In this document: positions 35,428 through 45,000 of the stretch, piece by piece | Numbering within the stretch: the stretch's first letter is position 1 | Layout of the letters: each line of letters opens with the position of its first letter | Assembly: GCA_008369845.1 (NCBI GenBank) | Contig: MRSU01003133.1 | Coordinates: 1-64,000 of the forward strand | Direction: 5' to 3' | DNA from: Trichomonas gallinae | Lineage: Eukaryota | Length of the DNA stretch: 64,000 nucleotides | Notes under the pieces: model-generated | Database searches by the model: none | Told to the model about the DNA's origin: nothing | Seen by the model: the letters and a program-made list of their open reading frames with translations, nothing else | Translations under genes and position numbers: made by a program

Positions 35428-36444
35428 TTAGTATTTTCTGACTTCAAGGAAACCGAGAAGCCATTTGAGTGTATTTTGAGGTAATCTTGAATCAACTTTG
35501 GAAAAGAAATCCTTGACCTCTTCGTATTGCTTTATTTGAGCTTCCTCGGAGAGACGCTGAATTTCCAAATCCTTATATATCTGTCTGACGATATTAACTT
35601 TTTCTTCTTCATGGTGGCCGATGTTCTCGCGGAGGAGCTTCCTCTGCTCTTCGTTACCGACTTCCATGGCCTTAGCGAAGAGCCAGCTGATCTTTCCGTC
35701 CTGAATATCTGTTCCAATCTTTCCTGTGAGTGCTGCCTGTCCGTACAAGTCGATCCAGTCATCCTGGCACTGGAACAAAACGCCAGCCTTGATCAAAGCA
35801 TCCCTTAATTCCTTAGATTCATAAATTTCTTTCGGAATTTTCTGAGAAGCGACAACACCTGACAAGAATGGCTGCCAGATTGTGTAGAATGCTGTCTTGT
35901 TTGTAACTGTGAGTGTCCAGTTCTCGATTGTTGGTTCTTTGTCGTGCATATCGATATATTGGCCGAGCGCTGTTCTTAATGTAGTTGTATGTAAAAGGTG
36001 CTTGATTTCAACGACAACTTCTACTGGGAATGACTCAAAATACTTGTCAATGATCATATACATAACATTTTCCAAGAAATATGAATCACTAACAGTAACA
36101 TACTTATTTGGCTGCAAGCAGTACCAGCATGGCTTTCCACGTCTCAAAGGTGACTTATCCATGAAATCGTCGGCAACTAAGAATGATGCTTGAAGGATTT
36201 CCTGAACCCAGCCAAGTGCATATATGGCTTCTGCTTCTTTGGAATCAGCAGCATAACCTGTAAGCTCTAAGAAGCCATATACACTGAGTAAACCGCGCAA
36301 GCATTTGCCCCCAGCAATTGTATAATCTACAAGTTCGTGAAAATGCTTCTTTTGCTCCTGATTCGGCCAATCGATGCTGTTTTCATCAATAAACTCTAAG
36401 ATTTTGTGTTTGAATTCGAAAAACTTCTGCTTCTGAAGTTCCAT
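35428..36444 (-). CDS. Trans-polyprenyl diphosphate synthase (FPPS/GGPPS type)
   Basis: GGKCLRG, FARM DDFMD plus RRGKPCWY, GQYID, KTA, SARM FQCQDDWID, GKIGTDIQDGK; AAAGTGAC at 36459-36466 (-) and Inr tcatt. Confidence 0.95.
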   Translation of the reverse strand: MELQKQKFFEFKHKILEFIDENSIDWPNQEQKKHFHELVDYTIAGGKCLRGLLSVYGFLELTGYAADSKEAEAIYALGWVQEILQASFLVADDFMDKSPLRRGKPCWYCLQPNKYVTVSDSYFLENVMYMIIDKYFESFPVEVVVEIKHLLHTTTLRTALGQYIDMHDKEPTIENWTLTVTNKTAFYTIWQPFLSGVVASQKIPKEIYESKELRDALIKAGVLFQCQDDWIDLYGQAALTGKIGTDIQDGKISWLFAKAMEVGNEEQRKLLRENIGHHEEEKVNIVRQIYKDLEIQRLSEEAQIKQYEEVKDFFSKVDSRLPQNTLKWLLGFLEVRKY

Positions 36445-37301
36445 ATTAAAAATGATTTGTCACTTTTCTCCAAAAGGAATTCATTTTCATTTTCTCAGCC
36501 AAATATTGCTTATTTTCAATGAGGAGTGTAAAAATACCAAATAATTCGCCTATTCATGGAGATAAATAGAAGTGAAATCAGGTTTAGCTAATCCAAATTT
36601 GATCTGAAGATTAAAAATGAGATGAATTGGCAAAATTTCAATAGAAATAAAGTTTATTAGTCCATGTAGTTACAATATTTTTAAAATCAATGAAATTTGC
36701 ATCATATATATTTTTTGACAATGTAAACTTTATATGTCATATTACAAATATATTTTGACAATGTAAACATTTTTTGTCAAATGATTCTTTATCAACAAAA
36801 ATTTAAGCGAATTCTGCTATAAATAATGACTATTAAGCACAGTTGCCATATGGTTCAAAGAATGAAATTAGTTTTCCGAGCCTATTGCTATCAATATTTT
36901 TTTTTTTTTTTTGTGAATCCGAATTAAAGAGCTAATGTCTTGGAAATCATACAAAATCTTTTAGAACCTTAATGTAAATATTTTATAATACCAACCATGC
37001 ATCAATATCCATCAATTATTCATCAAACTTTTTAACAATAATCTCCGGAGAAACATCATTAAGCAAAAGTCGCATGTGATATTACAATATAGATCAGATT
37101 ACTAAAGTAATATAATACACTACAGGAACTATTAGAATGTCACATAATAAGTAGTAATGATCACTTCCATCAACCAATTTTTTGAGAATGAATTTTTTGA
37201 GAAGTGTTTGTGTATTTACCTGATCCTTTTCTTGTTAATGTGCGAATATAAATTTATTCTTCCATCGGAATTTTTTTTATTTCTTGAAGTTGTAAAAATT
37301 A

Positions 37302-39101
37302 ATGAGTGAAACTGAAAAACTGCTTCAAGAAACAGCTCCAGCGGAGCCAACAAAGCAGCGGAATTTCACCCATTACACGTTTCTCCCTTATATCCATAAA
37401 GTTTATTGGTTTCTATATCGAAAACCAATTTATTTTCTTGCATTCATACCTCCACTACTCAGCAATCTTATAAACATACAATTGTTCGTATTCATTGGCC
37501 GCATTGTTGATGCTTTAAAAGGAAATGATCCGTTACCTGAAATTAAGAAATATTCGCTTTTAATGTTCATCACTGCAATTTTTGCTTCGATATGCAAGTT
37601 TTTGACAGAATTTCTATGGCTTAGAATCGAATCAGCAGTGTTGCATAAAATAAAACGTGTAGTATTCAAAGGATTTATGGAGAAGGACATAGAATACCAT
37701 GATAAAAATAGCATTGGTGATATGCTTAGCCTTCTTAATGAAGAATCAACACATATCAAATATATTTATGGCGAATTCAAAGTTAGACAGCTCAGAAACA
37801 TTGGTCAAATAGTATTTGCATTCATTCTTTCCTGTCACTACAGCTGCATCCTTACAGTTTTTACTTTTTCAGTAACATTAATGGTGACATGGATTTTAAA
37901 GATATTTAGAAGATGGGGAACGAAGTATTTGCGAAGATACATTGCTGTTAAAGCAGCAACTCTTACAGTTTTCGAAGAAGTTATATCAAATTGTAAAATT
38001 ACTTACGCTTACAACAACGAAGAGTTCTCATTGAAGAGATACCGGGATCTATGCGAAGAAGAATCAAACATTGATCGTTTCATGTGTATCTTATTCGGAA
38101 CTTGCTTTCAGACGGCAACAATCATCAATAACGGCACATGGTCACTTGTTTTGACTGTTGGCTCATACTTTATCCTGCAAGGAAGTATAGTTTTTGGTGA
38201 TTTGTTCGGTTTGATGCAAGCGACAAAAACATTGGGCACAGAACTGACATCTATCATGGGAACAATCAATTTCGAGATCAAAGGCATGGAAGCGGCCAAT
38301 AAGATATGGGAAATGGTGTTAGAGGACTCCAAAGTCAATGAGGCGGAAATCAGAGAAGATATTACTGACTTGAAGGGTGACATAGAGTTCAGACATGTTT
38401 GGTTCAAATATCCTACAAGAGATAAGTGGGTTCTTCAAGATGTCTCATTCAAGATAAAGGAAGGATCAATAGCAGCATTCGTTGGACACAGTGGATGCGG
38501 CAAATCAACAATAATACAGCTCCTGTTGAGATTTTACGAAGTCGATGAAGGTGAAATATTTATTGGTGGAATTAACATAAGAAGTATTTCTCCTTCGTTG
38601 CTCAGACGAAAGATAGGATACATCATGCAAGAGCCCAACCTATTCACACTTAATGTCAAGGATAATATCAAATACGGAAATCCAAATGCGACTGACGAAG
38701 AAATTGAAAATGCTGCAAAAATTGCTTTGGCTGATTCGTTTATCAAGAGGCTTCCTGATGGATATAATTCTTATATAGGTGAGAAAGGTCTAGAATTAAG
38801 TGGTGGACAACGACAAAGAGTAGCAATCGCACGTGCTGTTGTTAAAAAGTCTTCGATTTTGTTCGCAGATGAAATCACAGCAGCTCTTGATGCGAAATCA
38901 TCCAACAAAGTTCAAACTGCTCTTGAGAATGTCATGAAAGGACGCACTTGTTTGTTTATTTCTCATAGATTAGGAATGATCAGAGACTCTGATGTGATTT
39001 ATGTCTTGGACAAAGGACAAATCGTTGAATACGGAAAGCACGACCAATTATACGCTCACCATGGTTTTTACTACGAATTAATTAATTTTCAAAATCAATA
39101 G
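37302..39101 (+). CDS. ABCB-type half ABC transporter (TMD-NBD)
   Basis: N-terminal TM domain; Walker A GHSGCGKST, signature LSGGQRQR, Walker B ILFADE, H-loop SHR. Confidence 0.95.
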   Translation: MSETEKLLQETAPAEPTKQRNFTHYTFLPYIHKVYWFLYRKPIYFLAFIPPLLSNLINIQLFVFIGRIVDALKGNDPLPEIKKYSLLMFITAIFASICKFLTEFLWLRIESAVLHKIKRVVFKGFMEKDIEYHDKNSIGDMLSLLNEESTHIKYIYGEFKVRQLRNIGQIVFAFILSCHYSCILTVFTFSVTLMVTWILKIFRRWGTKYLRRYIAVKAATLTVFEEVISNCKITYAYNNEEFSLKRYRDLCEEESNIDRFMCILFGTCFQTATIINNGTWSLVLTVGSYFILQGSIVFGDLFGLMQATKTLGTELTSIMGTINFEIKGMEAANKIWEMVLEDSKVNEAEIREDITDLKGDIEFRHVWFKYPTRDKWVLQDVSFKIKEGSIAAFVGHSGCGKSTIIQLLLRFYEVDEGEIFIGGINIRSISPSLLRRKIGYIMQEPNLFTLNVKDNIKYGNPNATDEEIENAAKIALADSFIKRLPDGYNSYIGEKGLELSGGQRQRVAIARAVVKKSSILFADEITAALDAKSSNKVQTALENVMKGRTCLFISHRLGMIRDSDVIYVLDKGQIVEYGKHDQLYAHHGFYYELINFQNQ

Positions 39102-39102
39102 A

Positions 39103-40430
39103 GAATTTCGATATACCAAATTTGTATTCTATACCATCTTATTTTGGCTTATTCAGAGCATTAATGCAGAATCAGCAAGATCAGGAAGCAGAAAATTCTC
39201 GCTCATTCAAAAACATTTCATTTACGATTGTCTTGAAAACGAAACAGTTGAATTACATTTGAAGCCATTCATTATTACCACTTCATTTGTTGCAACAAAC
39301 TCATTTCACTTTGAAAACCCACCAATTCTTGTATTTTGGGACAAACAACTTGATGGGGGAAGAAAATTAACTGCTGAAGAACTTCACAAACTGTATGAAG
39401 TGTCCAAATAAAGATTCATCAAAGAGAAAGATTTGTATGACTTTAACATTAAGCCATACCAAAGGATTAATGATGACTTCGCCGATAATGATATTAAAAT
39501 CAATGATGTCACTACTGAAGAAGTTAAAACTTATTCATTCCAGTCTACAATTGATAGACACACTCCTGTTTCAGAGAATTTAACTGAATCACTTATTCAC
39601 GATTTATTGTCAAAAATTCTTGGAATTCTGAAAGACTATTTGCCAGAAAAATTGAAATCATCACAGCCTGGAACATATAAGCACCTAAGAGTTCTCACAT
39701 TGAAGTCGTTTACAAGCGATAAATATTCCATAAACAGAACAATTCAGTTGATTCTCAGCAACATAACATAACAATCGACTACTTCATCAATTAGACGATG
39801 AGGATTGAAGTCATTCCACAAGTTATCACAGTCGATATTGAGGCAAGTCGCACATTCCAATTCAAGACAGGAAGCTTCATGCTTGAGGACACCTTTACAT
39901 TCGGCCGTGAACTTAAGGAAAATGAGCTTCAAAATGTTTACGATATTCTGATGAAGCAACTAAAGAAACATTTGCAAACAGGCTTCTCAGGTGTTTCTCA
40001 AACGGATATTTTGATACATCTCTTTTCCAAGGCACACCTATAGCAAACCTATGCACCCAGTACAGGATTACTCAATGAAAAACATTCAACAGAGTTCCAG
40101 ATCAAAAAGAAAGATCAATTTATTCCGCCATATCATGTGTACCTGGTTAATTATAGCACTATTAGTCAGAAAAATTGAAGAAACTTCACCGTGGATCTCA
40201 TAAGAAGATGAAAATATTCACAATGAGAGCTTTCCAGAATGACAATATCAAAATACAGCGAACATTTGAATTCTCAGCAACGTTGCTGAATATGATTACT
40301 TTGAGAATCAAACAATGAAATTCAGCATTAAGCAAAACTTCAGTTCAGTTTCTTTCAATGCTCAGACATTAACAATGGGAGCTAAGACAGTAGAAATGGC
40401 GCGTCCACTCAATGTAAGTATTAGTATACA
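39103..40430 (+). pseudogene. Disrupted gene fragment encoding an internally repeated unknown protein
   Basis: Long coding-like frame broken by TAA 39409, TAA 39769/frameshift, TAG 39792, TAG 40041 and a frameshift near 40165; repeats EKLKSSQPGTYKHLRVLTLKSF and EKLKKLHRGSHKKMKIFTMRAF. Confidence 0.7.
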
Positions 40431-40795
40431 ATAGGAATTTCGCCTAATGAAGATTCTCTCTATATCGATTGTTAAATTCTTAGCAGTTATTTAGAAAAAT
40501 TGCCCGTTGTTCTAGGATCTAATGTTGTTATATATTTCTTCATATTGCAAGAATTTATGACTTCTGCATTATTTTGTTGTTACTACGTGGACACTATAAT
40601 AAAAGCATATTAATTATAATAATTTTTTGAATCAGTCAAACCAACAATGTAAGATAAAGAATCATGAATATAACAATATCAAATATCAGGTTGTCATTAA
40701 ACTGTGAGAATTTAACGGATTCTATCAATAAAATAAAAAATAAATATAATAATGCAGAAATAAACGAATAAATGAATAAGTATATATAGATTTAA

Positions 40796-42277
40796 TCAGA
40801 AGTACTCTGCTAAGAAACTGTTCGCCATGTTAACAACATTATCACATCTATCACTCTTGAAGGACGAGATTTCGGCCTTAACCTGTGCCTTATCCTGCGG
40901 ACTGCAATCCTTTGCAATATTTGCAAGGATAACAAGCGCGGCCTGGCGCTTTCTGAAAGAATTGCTAGATTTGAGCATGTAATAGCACTCTGGGAAGAGC
41001 TGTGATGGATTCATCGAGCGGTAGCACTGCAAAATCTCCTCTGCTGCTGCAGTTCTGACTGGTGTAGATTCATCATCCAAACTCTGAAGGCAAAGCTCAG
41101 AGAATTTGGCGCGGACTGTTGGGTTGTTGTTAAGGGCTGAGAGGGAGCTAAGTGCGCAAACGACTCCGAGTCTGATTCTCCACTGTTCGCTCGACATCAA
41201 TGAAACGACGACAGCGTGGAGCTTATCTGTAATGAGGGAGATGATAGATTCGAGGCGTAACTCGCAGAGTGTCTGCAAGAAGTGCAAGCGTGTTGTCGGA
41301 GGTTGTCTTGTAATAACTTCATCGACGAAGTTGACGACGTATGTCGAATCGAAGTTGAAGCGTGAGTTCAAAACGAAGAATGCGTCTATTGCCGCGTTTT
41401 TGATTGAAGTCTGTGGATATAATAATGTTCTCATTAAATTGTCAAGCATTCTTTGTCCATTCTCGAATGGAACATTTGGATTAGCCTTGAGGATTGTTGT
41501 GAAGCTATTCAAAGCGCAGAGGATGACTTGCCAGACCGAATCCTCTGATAACTGAAATGCGTAAGTAATTGCTGTCTGGATATCCTTGGCGCGGCATACC
41601 TCCTTGGCGATGGAAGCCCTGACGTACCAGTCGTGATCGGAAATTAAATTCGAGACAACTGAGGTAAAGAAGAACGGCTGTGGAGCGCAAATAACCGGCA
41701 AGTACGCCTTAATCCTCGCGGATGAATCCGAGCAGAGCGAAACAGCGACTTTCTGCGCGATGTCGGTTGGCAGAGAATTGATTACAGATGCTGCCGAAAA
41801 ACGAACTTTGTAAGCTGGATCGAATATTAATGCCTGGCAGATGATAACCTTTTCGTCCACTGACGGCAGCAAGTGTAAAATCTGCGCAGCGAAGGCGCGA
41901 ACGAAGTCGATCGAAGATGACGCGAGTCTCTTGAAGAACGACAAAACATCACCGGAGAGTGTCAATGGTTTGATCTTTTCTTTGATTTTCTTCGCGATTT
42001 CCTGATTTTCTGACGAAAGAATTGACTCTAAAACTGGAGCGAAGGAAACAATGGCCTCTGGAACAATAATCATTTTGTCAATCTTCTCAACTACCAGTCT
42101 GACGATTTTTAGATTGTTTTTAGGGACCCATGTAACGAGAAACGGATAAAATTCTGTTGCGATGAATTTAGGCGGAAATGTTTCGATGATGAGGTCTATC
42201 TTCGATGCGAACTCCATCTGCTGAGACTCATCGAGGCTGATGGCCTTCTCAAACAGTTTCATCACAGAAGCTGACAT
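40796..42277 (-). CDS. HEAT-repeat protein, PP2A scaffold (A/PR65) subunit-like
   Basis: DHDWYVR, EDSVWQV, EQWRIR, DDESTPVRTAAA and D..DNV HEAT motifs. Confidence 0.85.
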   Translation of the reverse strand: MSASVMKLFEKAISLDESQQMEFASKIDLIIETFPPKFIATEFYPFLVTWVPKNNLKIVRLVVEKIDKMIIVPEAIVSFAPVLESILSSENQEIAKKIKEKIKPLTLSGDVLSFFKRLASSSIDFVRAFAAQILHLLPSVDEKVIICQALIFDPAYKVRFSAASVINSLPTDIAQKVAVSLCSDSSARIKAYLPVICAPQPFFFTSVVSNLISDHDWYVRASIAKEVCRAKDIQTAITYAFQLSEDSVWQVILCALNSFTTILKANPNVPFENGQRMLDNLMRTLLYPQTSIKNAAIDAFFVLNSRFNFDSTYVVNFVDEVITRQPPTTRLHFLQTLCELRLESIISLITDKLHAVVVSLMSSEQWRIRLGVVCALSSLSALNNNPTVRAKFSELCLQSLDDESTPVRTAAAEEILQCYRSMNPSQLFPECYYMLKSSNSFRKRQAALVILANIAKDCSPQDKAQVKAEISSFKSDRCDNVVNMANSFLAEYF

Positions 42278-42305
42278 TTAAACAAGGAAAAAATTAGGGA
42301 TCAAG

Positions 42306-42340
42306 AAAAAGGGTAAAACTCACTCAAAAAGGGTAAAAAA
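42306..42340 (-). promoter_or_regulatory. Duplicated ttttaccctttt (two CCTTT, M5-type elements) upstream of the HEAT gene
   Basis: aaaaagggtaaaa occurs twice, 20 bp apart, about 30-60 nt before the ATG. Confidence 0.5.
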
Positions 42341-43282
42341 TAGAATTCATTTTTAGTATCTTTTACATAAATAAAATGCAAACGCTGTGAAAAATTAACG
42401 AAATAACTGCCATTTTAATATATTAAAATCATTTTCAAATAGTTTAGTCTTTTAACACATATATTTTTAATCACTATATTGATATAACCTAAAATATTTA
42501 AAATGAGACAGAAATATCAACATTTAAATTATTTTTATTTAAAAATAAAAGGTACATTTATCAAAAACTAGATTATCAGTATATTTTACTAAATCTAAAT
42601 GTAATAACCAGCTCTCAAAGCTCAATATTCGTTTTCTAAAAAAAATCAAATTTAAAATCACGAAAAAAAAAATCATGACAAGAAATTATATGATTCTGCT
42701 CTTTACCTACTAATGAATTCTAGATTATTCGTAATAATATGTACTTATCAACTCAAAAATATCATAATCTTGCTGAATAGCTGTAATATAATGCTTACAT
42801 CATTCACTATATGATCAATCATAATGTAAATTGATCATATTCCGATCAAATATAAAAATATCCTAAAAATATCGAAAATTTAAATACTCTTTATGTGATT
42901 AAGATCTTCTCATTGAATATATTATTCTCCTTATCATATGTGCATTGAAATTGATTATTCACAAAATATCATTGATATTAATTCCAATTTCTATTGCAAT
43001 ATGCACGGATGATCGTAAAGACTAATATTACTGATTAAATTTTTGTCTACATTAAATATTTTGAAATGAATTTTTTTATGAAATTTGCCAAATTGCGTGA
43101 TATTTCCCAATTACCAAGCCTTGATGCATTTCACATGGTGAGATTCTTTTCTGCGAAACCTTGTCAACATTTCAAGTTTTTCAGAGAAAAAAGCAAAATC
43201 AACGAATGTTGCAGATAATATAAAAGATAGACAAACATTTAATAATGGAAATAAACCATGAATCAAACTGTAATTTGTGAAA

Positions 43283-43891
43283 TTAATTCGACTCTGGATT
43301 TCCTCTTTGCGTTATCAAAAAAGCCAGTCCAAACACTGTTACTAGGAACACGTAAAAGGTGAATAGGGCTGTAGATGGCTCTTTCTTGATACTTCGATGT
43401 TTTCGTAAAACATATCTCCATAAATGAGAACTAAATGTTCCATGGAGAGCCAATTCTGTTCTGAACTTGATTTCTTCTCTAGTCAGAGCCTGTTTCTTTA
43501 GCTCTGCAAATGCATCGTTTTTCTTTTTGATTTGTATAGCTTCGTTTGCATTTTCGCTGTTAGATTCGTCAGTACTACCCTTTCTGCTGCTGTTGTTTTC
43601 CAGTTCTTGAAGAGGAGGGTACTCCAGTTTATGTAGTCGCTTTCCATTCATGAAAGGAGGGATTGTATTGGCCGTACTTATCATTTTCGGGTATTGGGCA
43701 AGCGACCTTATGAGATCAGACTTACTCATTGTATCTGTATCGACAGGAATGCGCAAATTTATGCACATTTGTATAATTGCCTCACGAGAATTCTGATTTA
43801 AGTGATCCCAGTCGAATGGATGGGAGTTGAAATTTCCGAATATCTGAAGGAAATCCTTTTTATCTGGTTTCTTTGACCGCCTTCGCGACAT
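43283..43891 (-). CDS. Hypothetical single-pass membrane protein with basic N-terminus and possible HeH/LEM/SAP-like helical pair
   Basis: 202-aa ORF; MSRRRSKK; REAIIQMCINLRIPVDTDTMSKSDLIRSL; C-terminal TM ALFTFYVFLVTVFGLAFLIT. Confidence 0.75.
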   Translation of the reverse strand: MSRRRSKKPDKKDFLQIFGNFNSHPFDWDHLNQNSREAIIQMCINLRIPVDTDTMSKSDLIRSLAQYPKMISTANTIPPFMNGKRLHKLEYPPLQELENNSSRKGSTDESNSENANEAIQIKKKNDAFAELKKQALTREEIKFRTELALHGTFSSHLWRYVLRKHRSIKKEPSTALFTFYVFLVTVFGLAFLITQRGNPESN

Positions 43892-44092
43892 TTTGGATTT
43901 TTGGCAAATTTGACAAAGAATTTGTCAATTTTTTTCTCCTTCACCGCTTTTTTTTTTATTTGGTATCACCATTATCTAATTTAGAATTCGATGTATACAC
44001 TTCTTTAAGTGATGAGGAAATACGTTTATACTCAAAATATCAAATTTGTTAAAGTTTAATATTAATATCATTGAAAAATTAAATTAACAAAC

Positions 44093-44200
44093 ATACGATT
44101 ATTTTCAATTCAAAATTGAAATTTTCAAAAATGAAAATAATCATACATTGCATAATTAAAATTTTGTAACATTTTGGGCGCTTTCACGCCCATGAAGCAA
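44093..44200 (+). repeat. Diverged dispersed repeat, copy B
   Basis: Collinear with 22652-22760. Confidence 0.7.
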
Positions 44201-45000
44201 ATTTTAAACTTCTGATGCTCAAAAATTAAAAATATAGGTAGAGGGAAAAACTATTTGTAAAATAAATACCGTACGAGCGTCTTTTCCAGGTCACTGTATA
44301 TAAAATAATACACTCAATAGCGAATTTATGATCGAGTTATTGTCATGTCAACAGCTTTCCAAAAGTCGGATTTGTCCAAAAATTTGATAACTCTCATAGA
44401 ATAATTCAATGAGTAGTATTGAAAAAAACTGTCACTTTTCAAATCTGACTTATGAAACAACATAGGGTTTTACTAGTAAAAAAATTGCACAGTCTGTGGA
44501 CAGATGCACTTGTGTATAAGACCAAGTGCTATCGTATTATTTCAAAAAAATCTTTGATATTCAGGGAGAAAAATATAATATTATCGCCGAATTACGGAAT
44601 AATAATAAACACACACTTTGAACAGTATATCAACAACAAAAACAAACATAATGGCTGTGTTTTGTGATTAAACTGTGAGCTAAGCCAAAATATGGTTGTG
44701 ATCTTTCCAAGTTTGAGGATTGATTGGAAGCTGAGCAATAGGTACTTCTTTCTAGTAGATCGAAGTTTATTTTGATAATCATTCATCGAAATTATCAAAT
44801 TGATTTGCCTTCAAAGATTTTGGAAAATAATGAACGCAGTTTGTATCTTCTACTAAGCTAATTTCAATTATGATTTCTATGCTATCAACCTATGAGTGCA
44901 ACACATCCAGAGGTAGAAGTTAATGAAAAAAAAAATGCTTTTATTCATTAATCTCAAAAAATATTCTTTAGTTGAGAAATTGTTTAATTAAAACTGAATA

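Noticed and set aside
19511..36444. Prenylation gene cluster (ICMT-like plus polyprenyl synthase)
   Set aside because: The genes are 15 kb apart with unrelated genes between them, and the methyltransferase looks bacterial-type rather than a CAAX-processing Ste14
18744..40430. Alternative genetic code (stop-codon reassignment) explaining the in-frame stops
   Set aside because: TAA, TAG and TGA all terminate intact genes here, multi-kilobase ORFs have no internal stops, and the disrupted loci also contain frameshifts or deletions; pseudogenisation fits better
44431..44438. Orphan AAAGTGAC (-) suggesting a hidden small gene
   Set aside because: The nearest downstream ATG is about 30 nt away and opens only about 23 codons
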